Assembly: GCF_018398935.1 (NCBI RefSeq)
Contig: NZ_CP074694.1
Span: 3,000,001-3,032,000, forward strand
Length of the DNA stretch: 32,000 nt
Reading direction: 5' to 3'
Origin: Telmatocola sphagniphila
GTDB taxonomy: Bacteria; Planctomycetota; Planctomycetia; Gemmatales; Gemmataceae
Shown: positions 9,222 through 17,793 of the stretch, in pieces
Position numbering within the stretch: position 1 is the first letter of the stretch
Layout: each line of letters starts with the position of its first letter
Translations under genes and position numbers: made by a program
The notes under the pieces: model-generated
The model's database searches: none
Seen by the model: the letters and a program-made list of their open reading frames with translations, nothing else
Told to the model about the DNA's origin: nothing

Positions 9222-11093
9222 ATGAATCCTAACGTCTACAAACCCGACTGGCAGAGAGCGATCATCACCCTCTCTGCCGTCGTTACCATATTTTTCGCGG
9301 CCCTGCTACTTTACTGGGCTCGCGCTATTTTCATTCCCCTGGCTTTGGCGATCTTTCTCGCCTTTGTCCTGGCCCCGGTGGTGAACCATTTTCAACAATT
9401 TAAACTATTTCACTACTGGAAATTGGGGCGTCCGATATCGGTCATCATTGTCGTCAGTGCCGCTGTGCTGATCTCCACCTCCACCCTCTGGCTGGTCGGT
9501 CGGGAAATTGCCAGCTTGACTTCGACTCTTCCGCAGAATTCCGCCAAGATCAAGGAAAAGGTCGTCAAAATACGGAATTGGATAAGCCCTTCGGAAAGCG
9601 GCAATCTTGCAAAAATGTTCGATGAACTTCAGCAGACGATTTTGCCCGAAAGTAAGCCGGATATCCAGAATGCGGAAACCACAGGCGACCCGGGTAGTTT
9701 GCCTCCGACGGTCGTCATCGAACCTCGAAGCCCGACTTGGGCGGGACGCATTGAAGCTTTTATTTCTCCGGGTCTAGCTCTGCTTGGGCAACTGGCATTC
9801 TCGTTCGTGCTGGTGATTTTCATGCTCCTCAAACGTGAGGATCTGAGAAATCGCATGATCCGACTGGTGGGCAACGGCCGAGTCACCACGGTGACCAAAG
9901 CGCTCGACGATGCCTCTCAGCGAGTCAGCCGGTATTTACTGATGCAGTTGATCATCAATGTGGCCTTCGGCATTACCATCTTTCTTGCGATGCTGTTTCT
10001 CGGGGTCGAGTACGCAATGCTCTGGGGTTTTATCTCGATTCTATTAAGATACGTTCCCTATATTGGAACCTGGATTGGCCTTGCTCTGGTCGCTGTGTTT
10101 TCATTCGCCATCTCGGACAGCTTCAGTCAACCGATTTCTGTGATCGTTACTTATGCCACTCTAGAACTGATCACTGGAAATGTGCTCGAGCCTCGACTCT
10201 TCGGACATAGCCTGGGCATTTCCGAGGTCGCTCAATTAGTCGCCGCCGCTTTCTGGTCTTTTTTGTGGGGCCCTATCGGCCTGGTTCTTTCAGGACCATT
10301 GACTACCTGTCTGCTCGTTCTGGGAAAGTACGTTCCTCAAGCGAAGTTTCTCGATATCTTGTTGGGCGATGAACCGGCGCTGGAACCCCGGGTGGCCTTC
10401 TATCAGCGGCTGGCGGCGCGAGATCAGGATGAAGCGGCGGAAATCATTATCAAAGAATCGAAAACCAAGAGTCCGGGCGAAGTGTTCGATGAAGTATTTA
10501 TCCCGGCTCTGAGTTATGCCCGCCGCGATGAAGATCTCGGGGAGTATTCCGAAGTTGAGATGAAAGGGATGATCCATCTGGCGCATGAAATTATTGAAGA
10601 CTTTCTGGAAGCGCCTTCCTCGGGGCTGAGTAGTACGGAGCTTCCCTCGGAATCCGAGCCTCACGACTCCTCCCAGAGAGTGCCGATTTTCTTATGCCCT
10701 GCCCGTGATGAGATTGATCTTTTAGGAGCGGAAATTCTTTCCAAAATGCTCGATCCCAAGCAATGGGAAGCGGATATCACGGCGGATGTGACATTGACTT
10801 CCGAACTATTGGAAGCGATCCAGGAAAAGTCCCCACTGGCGATCTGCATTGTTTCAATTCCGCCCGGCGGAATCAGCCACATTCGATACCTATGCAAACG
10901 CATACGTGGCCGGTTTCCTGACGTCAAGATTCTCGTCAGCATCTGGGGACTGGCGGATGACGTAACCGCTCAAGAAAAGCAGTTGATTGAAGCGGGAGCC
11001 GATCATGTGGAAACTACCTTGAAATCGATGCAGCAATTATTGGGGAGTTGGCAAACGGCGTTGGTCGCTTCGATGACTTTCGAAACGCGCTGA
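9222..11093 (+). CDS. AI-2E (PerM/UPF0118) family transporter with an additional ~145-aa C-terminal cytosolic domain
   Basis: Multi-TM core with AI-2E-like segments (LRYVPYIGTWIG, LEPRLFGHSLGIS, FWSFLWGPIGLVLSGPLT). The C-terminal soluble alpha/beta-looking region runs from aa ~480 to 623. Confidence 0.8.
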   Translation: MNPNVYKPDWQRAIITLSAVVTIFFAALLLYWARAIFIPLALAIFLAFVLAPVVNHFQQFKLFHYWKLGRPISVIIVVSAAVLISTSTLWLVGREIASLTSTLPQNSAKIKEKVVKIRNWISPSESGNLAKMFDELQQTILPESKPDIQNAETTGDPGSLPPTVVIEPRSPTWAGRIEAFISPGLALLGQLAFSFVLVIFMLLKREDLRNRMIRLVGNGRVTTVTKALDDASQRVSRYLLMQLIINVAFGITIFLAMLFLGVEYAMLWGFISILLRYVPYIGTWIGLALVAVFSFAISDSFSQPISVIVTYATLELITGNVLEPRLFGHSLGISEVAQLVAAAFWSFLWGPIGLVLSGPLTTCLLVLGKYVPQAKFLDILLGDEPALEPRVAFYQRLAARDQDEAAEIIIKESKTKSPGEVFDEVFIPALSYARRDEDLGEYSEVEMKGMIHLAHEIIEDFLEAPSSGLSSTELPSESEPHDSSQRVPIFLCPARDEIDLLGAEILSKMLDPKQWEADITADVTLTSELLEAIQEKSPLAICIVSIPPGGISHIRYLCKRIRGRFPDVKILVSIWGLADDVTAQEKQLIEAGADHVETTLKSMQQLLGSWQTALVASMTFETR

Positions 11094-11103
11094 TCGCTTT
11101 TCT

Positions 11104-11119
11104 TGGCACGTTATATGCA
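11104..11119 (+). promoter_or_regulatory. Sigma-54-type -24/-12 promoter motif TGGCACGTTATATGCA
   Basis: GG (11105-06) - N10 - GC (11117-18). TGGCACG is a perfect -24 element and the -12 element is ATGCA. Lies 11 nt after the AI-2E stop and 63 nt before the ATG at 11182. Confidence 0.55.
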
Positions 11120-11181
11120 AATATAAATTTCATGCGGTTGAACATAAGCTTCAACTGAGATTAACTGTAAGGAGATTCACC

Positions 11182-11619
11182 ATGACAGATATTAAAGATC
11201 GCATGCGACATGGGATCGATAATGCGGCCGATAAGGCAAAGCAGATGACCGATAAAACGGCCAACGCTGCGGAAGCCGGTAAAGACCGAGCTGAAGGTTT
11301 TATAGATCAGGCAAAGGGTGTCGTAAACCAAGTGGCCGACAAGGTTCAAGATAATGTCAAGGGCGCTATCGATGCGGTGGATCATGCCGCCCACCAGGCT
11401 CGCGATAAAGCTCGCGACTTGGTTCACAGCGCCACCGACAATGCCACGCAAGCCGCGGACAAAGTCCAGAAATGGGCTGGGGACGCTTACGATGCCACAG
11501 CCGATACGGTTTCGGATTTCGGCAAAGAAGTCAGTACCATGGTTCGTAAATACCCCGTACAGGCCCTACTGCTCGGCTTCGGTGTCGGTATGCTGGTCGG
11601 CCGTTCGGTTCGTGCGTGA
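11182..11619 (+). CDS. DUF883 (ElaB/YqjD/YgaM) family membrane-anchored stress protein
   Basis: Ala/Asp/Lys-rich helical body and the C-terminal anchor KYPVQALLLGFGVGMLVGRSVR typical of the family. AAGGAG RBS. Confidence 0.75.
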   Translation: MTDIKDRMRHGIDNAADKAKQMTDKTANAAEAGKDRAEGFIDQAKGVVNQVADKVQDNVKGAIDAVDHAAHQARDKARDLVHSATDNATQAADKVQKWAGDAYDATADTVSDFGKEVSTMVRKYPVQALLLGFGVGMLVGRSVRA

Positions 11620-11648
11620 TTGAGTTTCGAATACAACAGATTAAATGA

Positions 11649-11679
11649 GAGGACCGATAGGATCGGTCCTCTTTTTTTT
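11649..11679 (+). terminator. Rho-independent terminator
   Basis: Perfect 10-bp stem GAGGACCGAT (11649-58) / ATCGGTCCTC (11662-71), 3-nt loop, followed by T8 (11672-79). Confidence 0.85.
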
Positions 11680-11709
11680 GGGGGAAGGCGGAGTTCAATT
11701 TCCAACAAA

Positions 11710-12816
11710 TCAGACCCAGAGCATGGATTCTACGAACATACCCGGGCCGAAGCCCAGTGCCAAACAAGGGCGAGGAGCATTTCGCAACCGATGCAATCGG
11801 AGAAGGAAGAGAACCGTCGCACTCGACATATTCCCATACTGCGATAAGACTTCTCGCGAAACGGCAATCTCATCCTCCCCCAATCCCAATACTTCACAAA
11901 TCCCATTGAGAATCTTTGGTCCGCCAGGGTGGATCGCCCAGGATCTTATATCGGCTTGATTGAGATGCTGCGACTTAAGCCAACTTTCCAACCAGCCTGT
12001 CAAGTATTTGGCGATCATATTGGGAATCTTCGGGGAGAGTTCCATTTCAAATCCGTAATCGCCAATGCTCCAGGACATGGCGTCTTCCGAATCCGGCAAC
12101 ATGCAAGAACCTGTGGTCTTAAGTTCCCAGTTAGAACCGATTCCTGCAGCGGGGGATCGACCGACCAGAGCCGCTGCCCCGTCGGCGAACAGTGCATTTC
12201 CCACCAACCGGCGCATCTCCCGCCCATAATGGTAGTGAACTGAACAAACTTCCACGGCCACCATCAAAACAACGGCTTTTGGATCGGACCCGGTGAAAGC
12301 TTTGGCGACGCGCAAGCCATTGAAGGCACCTTGACAGCCCATAAATCCCACCTGAGTCCTGGCAACGTCGGAGTTAAGTTTCAACTGCTCGATTAACCAG
12401 CAATCGAGGCCGGGTGAACGAAAACCAGTGCAGGTCACCAGTACGAGATGCGTAATTTCTTCAGGCTCGACACGAGCATCGGACAAGGCTTCTTTCGCGG
12501 CCGCAAGAGACATCGGCGCGGCAATCTCCCAATACACTTTCATGCGCTGCGCGGTGCTGGGCCCATGAAAATCTTCCGGCCCCTTGAGTAAAAACGGCGA
12601 TCCCGTCTCCCGAGTTCCCTGTTCGATATCTCGAACCACGGCTTCGGAAACGCAGATGGTTCGCTTCTGGATTCCCGCGTGCCTGTAAATATCTTGGATC
12701 CAACCATCGGTATCGGGTCGGCGATTGTTGATGGCCTGGGCTAGTGAGGAGGCTTTCTCTTGGGAGAGTGGATACGGGGTCCCCGAAATTCCGAGACCAC
12801 ACAACTGAAAACTCAT
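11710..12816 (-). CDS. Type III polyketide synthase (chalcone/stilbene synthase family; alkylresorcinol/alkylpyrone synthase-like)
   Basis: Cys-His-Asn triad contexts: LVTCTGFRSPGLD, WAIHPGGPKIL, GNMSSATVLF. AAGGA RBS. Starts 9 nt after the upstream gene's stop. Confidence 0.9.
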   Translation of the reverse strand: MSFQLCGLGISGTPYPLSQEKASSLAQAINNRRPDTDGWIQDIYRHAGIQKRTICVSEAVVRDIEQGTRETGSPFLLKGPEDFHGPSTAQRMKVYWEIAAPMSLAAAKEALSDARVEPEEITHLVLVTCTGFRSPGLDCWLIEQLKLNSDVARTQVGFMGCQGAFNGLRVAKAFTGSDPKAVVLMVAVEVCSVHYHYGREMRRLVGNALFADGAAALVGRSPAAGIGSNWELKTTGSCMLPDSEDAMSWSIGDYGFEMELSPKIPNMIAKYLTGWLESWLKSQHLNQADIRSWAIHPGGPKILNGICEVLGLGEDEIAVSREVLSQYGNMSSATVLFLLRLHRLRNAPRPCLALGFGPGMFVESMLWV

Positions 12817-12825
12817 GAACCATCC

Positions 12826-13959
12826 TTAATTCGAACCAACGGGGTGCAGTTGCCTCACTATTCGCGCGGCAATTCCGGGAACAATCTTCGATATTCCCAC
12901 CAGGCCGGAGACACAGACCGGCGATCTCAAGAGCTTCGCTGCGAGACGGCATTTTCTCTGAGAATCAGCGATTTTTTCTCGGTAGATTCGGTTCCAGGCA
13001 ACGCGATGCTCCGGCAACCACGGGGTAATCGCCAGAGGAACTACGGCACAGGCAGCGGTAAGTGCCCAAGCCATACCTTCCCCGGTAAAAGGTTCAATAT
13101 ATCCCGCAGCATCCCCAAGACGAAAAAGTCTTCCTTCCGCGATCTGATTTTTTCGCGTCAACGGCGCTGTCCCCTGCCACTGAGCGTATTCGAGGCTCTC
13201 CGGGATCGGCTGTCGAGCGGATCGCAAAAGCTCCATCGCGAATTGTCCCGGTGAACCGAATTCCCGTATCGCACTTCGATCGGCCGCCGCCGCCAGGGCC
13301 AGACGACCGTCCTCTAAATGGACAATTCCCAGATAGCCACTCTTACTGACGTTCATCCAAAGCTTGTTCGACTCCGCATATTTCGAACTCGAAGGAAGAA
13401 TTGTCCCCAACCCAATTCGTGAATTTTCCTGGATCACCGGCTTCCCCGATCGACTGGACAAGCCGTCGCACACCAGGACTAGCCCCGCGGAAATTTGGCG
13501 CTTACCCTGAAGATTTTGCAGGTGCACTAGTCGATGATTTGGGAACTCTTCACCCGGTTCGGCGCTGCAGCGATCCTGGAGTACTACTCCGACATCTATC
13601 GCGGCTTTCATCAAATCCCAATCCATTCGCTCCCGGGAAATCGAGACTCCTCCGCGTAATGGGAGAGTCACGCTACGTGAACCGATTGACCACTGCAGGG
13701 AACGCAATTCCTGGGCGTCGGCGTTTTCTAACAAGTCGTTCAATCCTGCTTTTCGGAGCGCTTCCCGTCCTCGAAAATTCAAACAGCAGCCGCAGACTTT
13801 GTGTCTCGGAAACGAATCCCGTTCCACCAGCAGTACCCGAACTCCGCGACGCGCGATTTCCCGAGCGGCCAGACAACCTGCCGGGCCGGCGCCAATTACT
13901 ACGACCGGCCAATAGTCCGCCAGACTATTCAATCTTCGCGCCTCCAGGTGAGTACCCAT
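12826..13959 (-). CDS. FAD-dependent oxidoreductase/monooxygenase (geranylgeranyl reductase-like fold)
   Basis: Dinucleotide-binding motif VVVIGAGPAGCLAAREIARRGVRVLLVERD and a later GDAAGYIEPFTGEGM motif. The likely true start is TTG at 13932: GGAGG lies 8 nt upstream and it forms a TTGA overlap with the methyltransferase stop. The ATG at 13959 has no RBS. Confidence 0.8.
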   Translation of the reverse strand: MGTHLEARRLNSLADYWPVVVIGAGPAGCLAAREIARRGVRVLLVERDSFPRHKVCGCCLNFRGREALRKAGLNDLLENADAQELRSLQWSIGSRSVTLPLRGGVSISRERMDWDLMKAAIDVGVVLQDRCSAEPGEEFPNHRLVHLQNLQGKRQISAGLVLVCDGLSSRSGKPVIQENSRIGLGTILPSSSKYAESNKLWMNVSKSGYLGIVHLEDGRLALAAAADRSAIREFGSPGQFAMELLRSARQPIPESLEYAQWQGTAPLTRKNQIAEGRLFRLGDAAGYIEPFTGEGMAWALTAACAVVPLAITPWLPEHRVAWNRIYREKIADSQRKCRLAAKLLRSPVCVSGLVGISKIVPGIAARIVRQLHPVGSN

Positions 13960-14648
13960 CGACAGGGGAATCGCTTTCGGATGATTGCGTTTGGCAATTC
14001 CGATTTTCTTGCGAAATCGTTGGCTTCGGTAACGGTGAAAGCCGCCTTCACGGAAAGTTCCCCGTCGTTATGCACTATAGCCGAGCGGGAGAGCATGCGA
14101 CCCGCCAATTGTACCAGCCGAAGGTTCAGACCACTGCGGTCTAAATCACTTACGATCAAAATTTTTCGAGTCGCTTCTCTCATTTTTCTCAGCAAGTTAA
14201 CAATCTGGTCCTCCGAAAGATGATGTAGAAACAGCGAGCAGACGACAATATCGAATTGCCCTGGGAGTGGATCGCGCAGTACATCGAAAGAAATAAAATC
14301 CGCTTGTAGGTTTAATTCTTTCGCTCGCTTCTGGGCTTCTTCGATCGCCACAGGGCTATAATCCAGGCCAGTTACCTGGGAGGAGTAACCGCTTCGGAGC
14401 AATTTACGAGCCAGCGAAATTGGCACATCGCCCGATCCCGTAGCCACATCCAGCATGGTTACGGGTGATCGGGGAAAACGCCCCAGTACCTTTTTGATTT
14501 CGGGCCAAATCAAAGAGGCCGCACCGCCAAAGCGATTGAGCCGAGCCAAGCCTCGAAGTGCCTGACGATGCAACACCGGATTGAGATCGGGCTCATCCAT
14601 CTGCTCGGCGGCCATTTCGCGATCCGGCAGGCGAGGGATCAATCGCAT
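13929..14648 (-). CDS. Class I SAM-dependent methyltransferase
   Basis: Motif I MLDVATGSGDVPISLA, acidic post-I residue (GLDYS), motif FDIVVCSLFLHHL. Confidence 0.8.
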   Translation of the reverse strand: MRLIPRLPDREMAAEQMDEPDLNPVLHRQALRGLARLNRFGGAASLIWPEIKKVLGRFPRSPVTMLDVATGSGDVPISLARKLLRSGYSSQVTGLDYSPVAIEEAQKRAKELNLQADFISFDVLRDPLPGQFDIVVCSLFLHHLSEDQIVNLLRKMREATRKILIVSDLDRSGLNLRLVQLAGRMLSRSAIVHNDGELSVKAAFTVTEANDFARKSELPNAIIRKRFPCRWVLTWRRED

Positions 14649-14707
14649 CTTTTCTCACAGTCGATCATTAGGCAAGTTCGGGCCAGGTAACAAGAATTGT
14701 AATTGAA

Positions 14708-14723
14708 AGCAATCATTATGCCA
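14708..14723 (-). promoter_or_regulatory. Sigma-54-type -24/-12 promoter motif TGGCATAATGATTGCT (minus strand)
   Basis: The reverse complement of 14708-14723 reads TGGCATAATGATTGCT: GG-N10-GC with a TTGCT -12 element. It matches the motif at 7231-7246 at 14 of 16 positions. The -12 element lies about 60 nt upstream of the methyltransferase ATG (14648). Confidence 0.5.
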
Positions 14724-14850
14724 CTCATTAGGAAAATGAGTTTTGCACTTGAGTTTAAGGCGAAAATGTTGGACACTCATGTACGACCCGCCGCAATCGA
14801 AATCCCGCCAGTCGATGGGTAAAAGCATCTTTTGTTTCAGGTATTTTTTC

Positions 14851-17793
14851 ATGCGTTTACTCAGCTTCTTTCTATTTCTGCCCGGCCTTTGTGCTGCGGA
14901 CGAGCCCAAAGCTTTCGATAGCAGCATCGCGCCGATCCTAGCATCCCGTTGTCTGGACTGCCATAGCGGCCCGGAAGCCAAAGCCAAACTCGATCTGTCA
15001 ACGAAAAAAGGATTCCTGCAGGGAGGGGACAATGGGCCCGCGGTGGTCGCCAGCAAGCCGTCGGAAAGCCTGCTCTGGCAGAAAATTGAAGCCGACGAGA
15101 TGCCTCCCAAACATCCGCTCGCCGCGGAGGAAAAGCGACTCCTGAAACAATGGATCGAACGCGGTTCTCCCTGGGGAACCGAAACGATCGATGCCTATGC
15201 TTATTCCACTTCTTCCCGCGCCGGTTATGACTGGTGGTCTTTTCAGCCGATTGTCCGCCCTACGGTCCCCGCGAAGAATTTGCACCCGATTGACGCTTTC
15301 ATTCAGGCGAAACTTGCCGAGAAAAAGCTGAAGCCTTCTCCTCCGGTGGATCGGCGGACTTTAATTCGGCGCGTCACCTTCGACCTGATCGGCTTGCCTC
15401 CCACACCCGAAGAAATTCAGAACTTCTTGCAAGATAAATCACCGGAAGCTTACACCCAATTAGTAGACCGGTTGCTCGCGTCCCCACGTTATGGCGAACG
15501 CTGGGCCCGACATTGGCTCGATGTGGCCCACTTCGGAGAGAGTGATGGTTTCGAATATGACCGAATGCGGCCGAACGCCTGGCGATATCGCGACTGGGTG
15601 ATCCAAGCGCTGAATGAAGATCTTCCCTATGATCAATTCGCCAAACTGCAGATTGCCGGGGATGTGATTCAGCCGCAGAATGCCGCGGCAGTGGTGGCGA
15701 CCGGTTTTTTGGTGGGTGGAGCACACGATAGCTTGCTGCCTGCCGGCGAAACCATGCAACAGATCATGCGGCAAGATGAACTGGAAGATCTCGTAGGAAT
15801 TGTCGGCCAATCATTTCTCGGTCTGACGGTGAATTGCGCCCGCTGTCACGATCATAAGTTCGACCCGATTCGACAAGCCGATTATTATCGTCTGGCCGCG
15901 GCCCTGGCTGGCGTACGCCGTGGAGAACGAAATCTTCCCCAAGCTATCCCAAGCGATTTGGTCAAGCAAATTGAAACGCTGAAGAACGACATTCGAAAAC
16001 TGGATGCGATCGCTCGCGAACAAGTTCAAAAAAATCGCACGGCGCGAAAAGTCGGTATCGCAAAACCTCCAAAGGCGATCGCCTCCTGGGACTTTTCCAA
16101 AGGACCGGAGGAACTGATCTCTGGAACCCCAAGTAAACTGCACGGCTCGGCCCGAATCGAGAATAATGCCCTTCGTCTCGATGGAAAATCCTATCTGGTC
16201 TCCGCTCCATTGCCGGTTTCTCTCAAAGCGAAAACTTTGGAAGCGTGGGTGAAACTCGACAATCTCGAACAACGGGGCGGCGGCATTATCGGCATTCAAG
16301 CCACGGATGGTGGCAGTTTCGATTGTCTGGTATTCGGCGAAACCGAGCCAGGTCGCTGGATCGCAGGTAGCGAATTTTATCGCAGAACGCACTCGCTGCA
16401 GGGATCTCATGAAGGCGAGGCTCAAAAAGAGTTTGTGCATGTCGCTTTAACTTACGGAGCGGATGGCACGATCACGGCTTATCGACAAGGTGTTGCATAC
16501 GGTAAGAGTTATCGCGTGGAAAATCCCCTGAGTTTTTCCAAAGAGGGGAATTTTCAAATTGTCCTGGGCTTGCGTCATGCCCCGGCCCAGGCGGGCAAAC
16601 TCCTGTTCGGCTCAATTGCCCGCGCCAACATTTATGATCGCGCACTCTCTCCGGAAGAAATCGCAGCCTCAGCCGGTTCGACGGATTTTCTATCCGAAAA
16701 GGAATTGTTGGAGAATCTTTCCCCGGAGCAACGACTGAAGCGAACTCAATGGCAAACGGCACTCCGAGACGCGGAAGCCCGGCTAGAAAATCTCAAAAAT
16801 CAAAAAACCTTTGGGATCCTCCCTCAATCCCCGCCTCTGACCTACCGTCTGAAACGGGGTAATCCGAAAGAGAAAGCGGAATTGATTTCCGCCGGTGGAT
16901 TGAGCTTACTTCCCGAGAACGATTTGCATTTGAAACCCGATGCACCGGAAGCAACTCGTCGGAGCAAATTGGCTGACTGGATCGCGAGTGAAAAGAACCC
17001 GCTATTCGCTCGCACCCTTGTCAATCGAGTCTGGCTCTACCATTTTGGACGGGGTTTGATCGATACGCCCAACGATTTAGGGTTCAGCGGCGGCGAACCC
17101 AGCCATCGAGAACTACTCGATTGGTTAGCGAGCGAATTCATGGCCAAGAAATGGAGCCTCAAGGAGCTTCATCGCTTAATTCTCAACTCAGAAACTTACA
17201 AACAGGACTCTTCCAGTCGTGCCGAAGCCCTAAAGCTAGATGCGGATAACCGATTGCTCTGGCGGTATGCTCCTCACAGACTCGAAGCCGAAGCCCTTCG
17301 GGATGCCATTCTTTCCATCGCCGGCAAACTCAATCTGGAAATGGGAGGCGAGAGCTATAAGGATGTACGCCCTTACTTTGCCAAGGGATCCTGGTTTTAC
17401 GAACCGATCGATCCAGTCGGCGAGGAATTCAATCGTCGCAGTATCTATCGGATGACCGCACGCGGCGGCCGCAATCCGCTGCTCGACACCTTTGACTGTC
17501 CAGATCCCTCGACTACTACGCCCAAACGGGGAAGCACGACTACGCCCCTGCAAGCCCTCTCTTTGATGAATAATTCGTTTACCATCCGCATGTCGGAACA
17601 GTTCGCCGAGCGGTTGGAGAAACAAGCCAACAAAGCTCCGGACGAACGAATCCGGCTCGGGTTCCAATTGGCGTATGGCCGCTTACCGAAAGAAGCGGAA
17701 TTGACGGCCAGTCGGGAAGTGATCGCCCAATATGGTCTGACGCCTTTTTGCAGAGCTCTACTGAATTCGAATGGATTTCTCTATGTTCACTAA
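14851..17793 (+). CDS. PSD1-type protein: planctomycete cytochrome c (PSCyt) + DUF1549 + LamG-like + DUF1553
   Basis: Signal peptide MRLLSFFLFLPGLCAA at ATG 14851. Heme motif CLDCHSGP. DUF1549-like IRRVTFDLIGLPPTPEE. Second CxxCH (CARCHDHKFDP). LamG-like middle region. DUF1553-like C-terminus (FDCPDPSTTTPKR). Confidence 0.85.
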   Translation: MRLLSFFLFLPGLCAADEPKAFDSSIAPILASRCLDCHSGPEAKAKLDLSTKKGFLQGGDNGPAVVASKPSESLLWQKIEADEMPPKHPLAAEEKRLLKQWIERGSPWGTETIDAYAYSTSSRAGYDWWSFQPIVRPTVPAKNLHPIDAFIQAKLAEKKLKPSPPVDRRTLIRRVTFDLIGLPPTPEEIQNFLQDKSPEAYTQLVDRLLASPRYGERWARHWLDVAHFGESDGFEYDRMRPNAWRYRDWVIQALNEDLPYDQFAKLQIAGDVIQPQNAAAVVATGFLVGGAHDSLLPAGETMQQIMRQDELEDLVGIVGQSFLGLTVNCARCHDHKFDPIRQADYYRLAAALAGVRRGERNLPQAIPSDLVKQIETLKNDIRKLDAIAREQVQKNRTARKVGIAKPPKAIASWDFSKGPEELISGTPSKLHGSARIENNALRLDGKSYLVSAPLPVSLKAKTLEAWVKLDNLEQRGGGIIGIQATDGGSFDCLVFGETEPGRWIAGSEFYRRTHSLQGSHEGEAQKEFVHVALTYGADGTITAYRQGVAYGKSYRVENPLSFSKEGNFQIVLGLRHAPAQAGKLLFGSIARANIYDRALSPEEIAASAGSTDFLSEKELLENLSPEQRLKRTQWQTALRDAEARLENLKNQKTFGILPQSPPLTYRLKRGNPKEKAELISAGGLSLLPENDLHLKPDAPEATRRSKLADWIASEKNPLFARTLVNRVWLYHFGRGLIDTPNDLGFSGGEPSHRELLDWLASEFMAKKWSLKELHRLILNSETYKQDSSSRAEALKLDADNRLLWRYAPHRLEAEALRDAILSIAGKLNLEMGGESYKDVRPYFAKGSWFYEPIDPVGEEFNRRSIYRMTARGGRNPLLDTFDCPDPSTTTPKRGSTTTPLQALSLMNNSFTIRMSEQFAERLEKQANKAPDERIRLGFQLAYGRLPKEAELTASREVIAQYGLTPFCRALLNSNGFLYVH

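Noticed and set aside
11620-11959. 75-aa and 104-aa plus-strand ORFs downstream of the DUF883 gene
   Set aside because: They start at or beyond a strong terminator and run antisense into the 3' end of the type III PKS gene. No RBS.
14743-14850. N-terminal extension of the PSD1-type ORF (start at 14743)
   Set aside because: A canonical signal peptide begins at the ATG at 14851. The extension is Arg/Cys/Ser-rich and would bury the signal sequence.
15811-16440. 209-aa minus-strand ORF inside the PSD1-type gene
   Set aside because: It is antisense to a 981-aa protein with recognisable domains (CxxCH, LamG-like). It has no family features or RBS. Shadow ORF.
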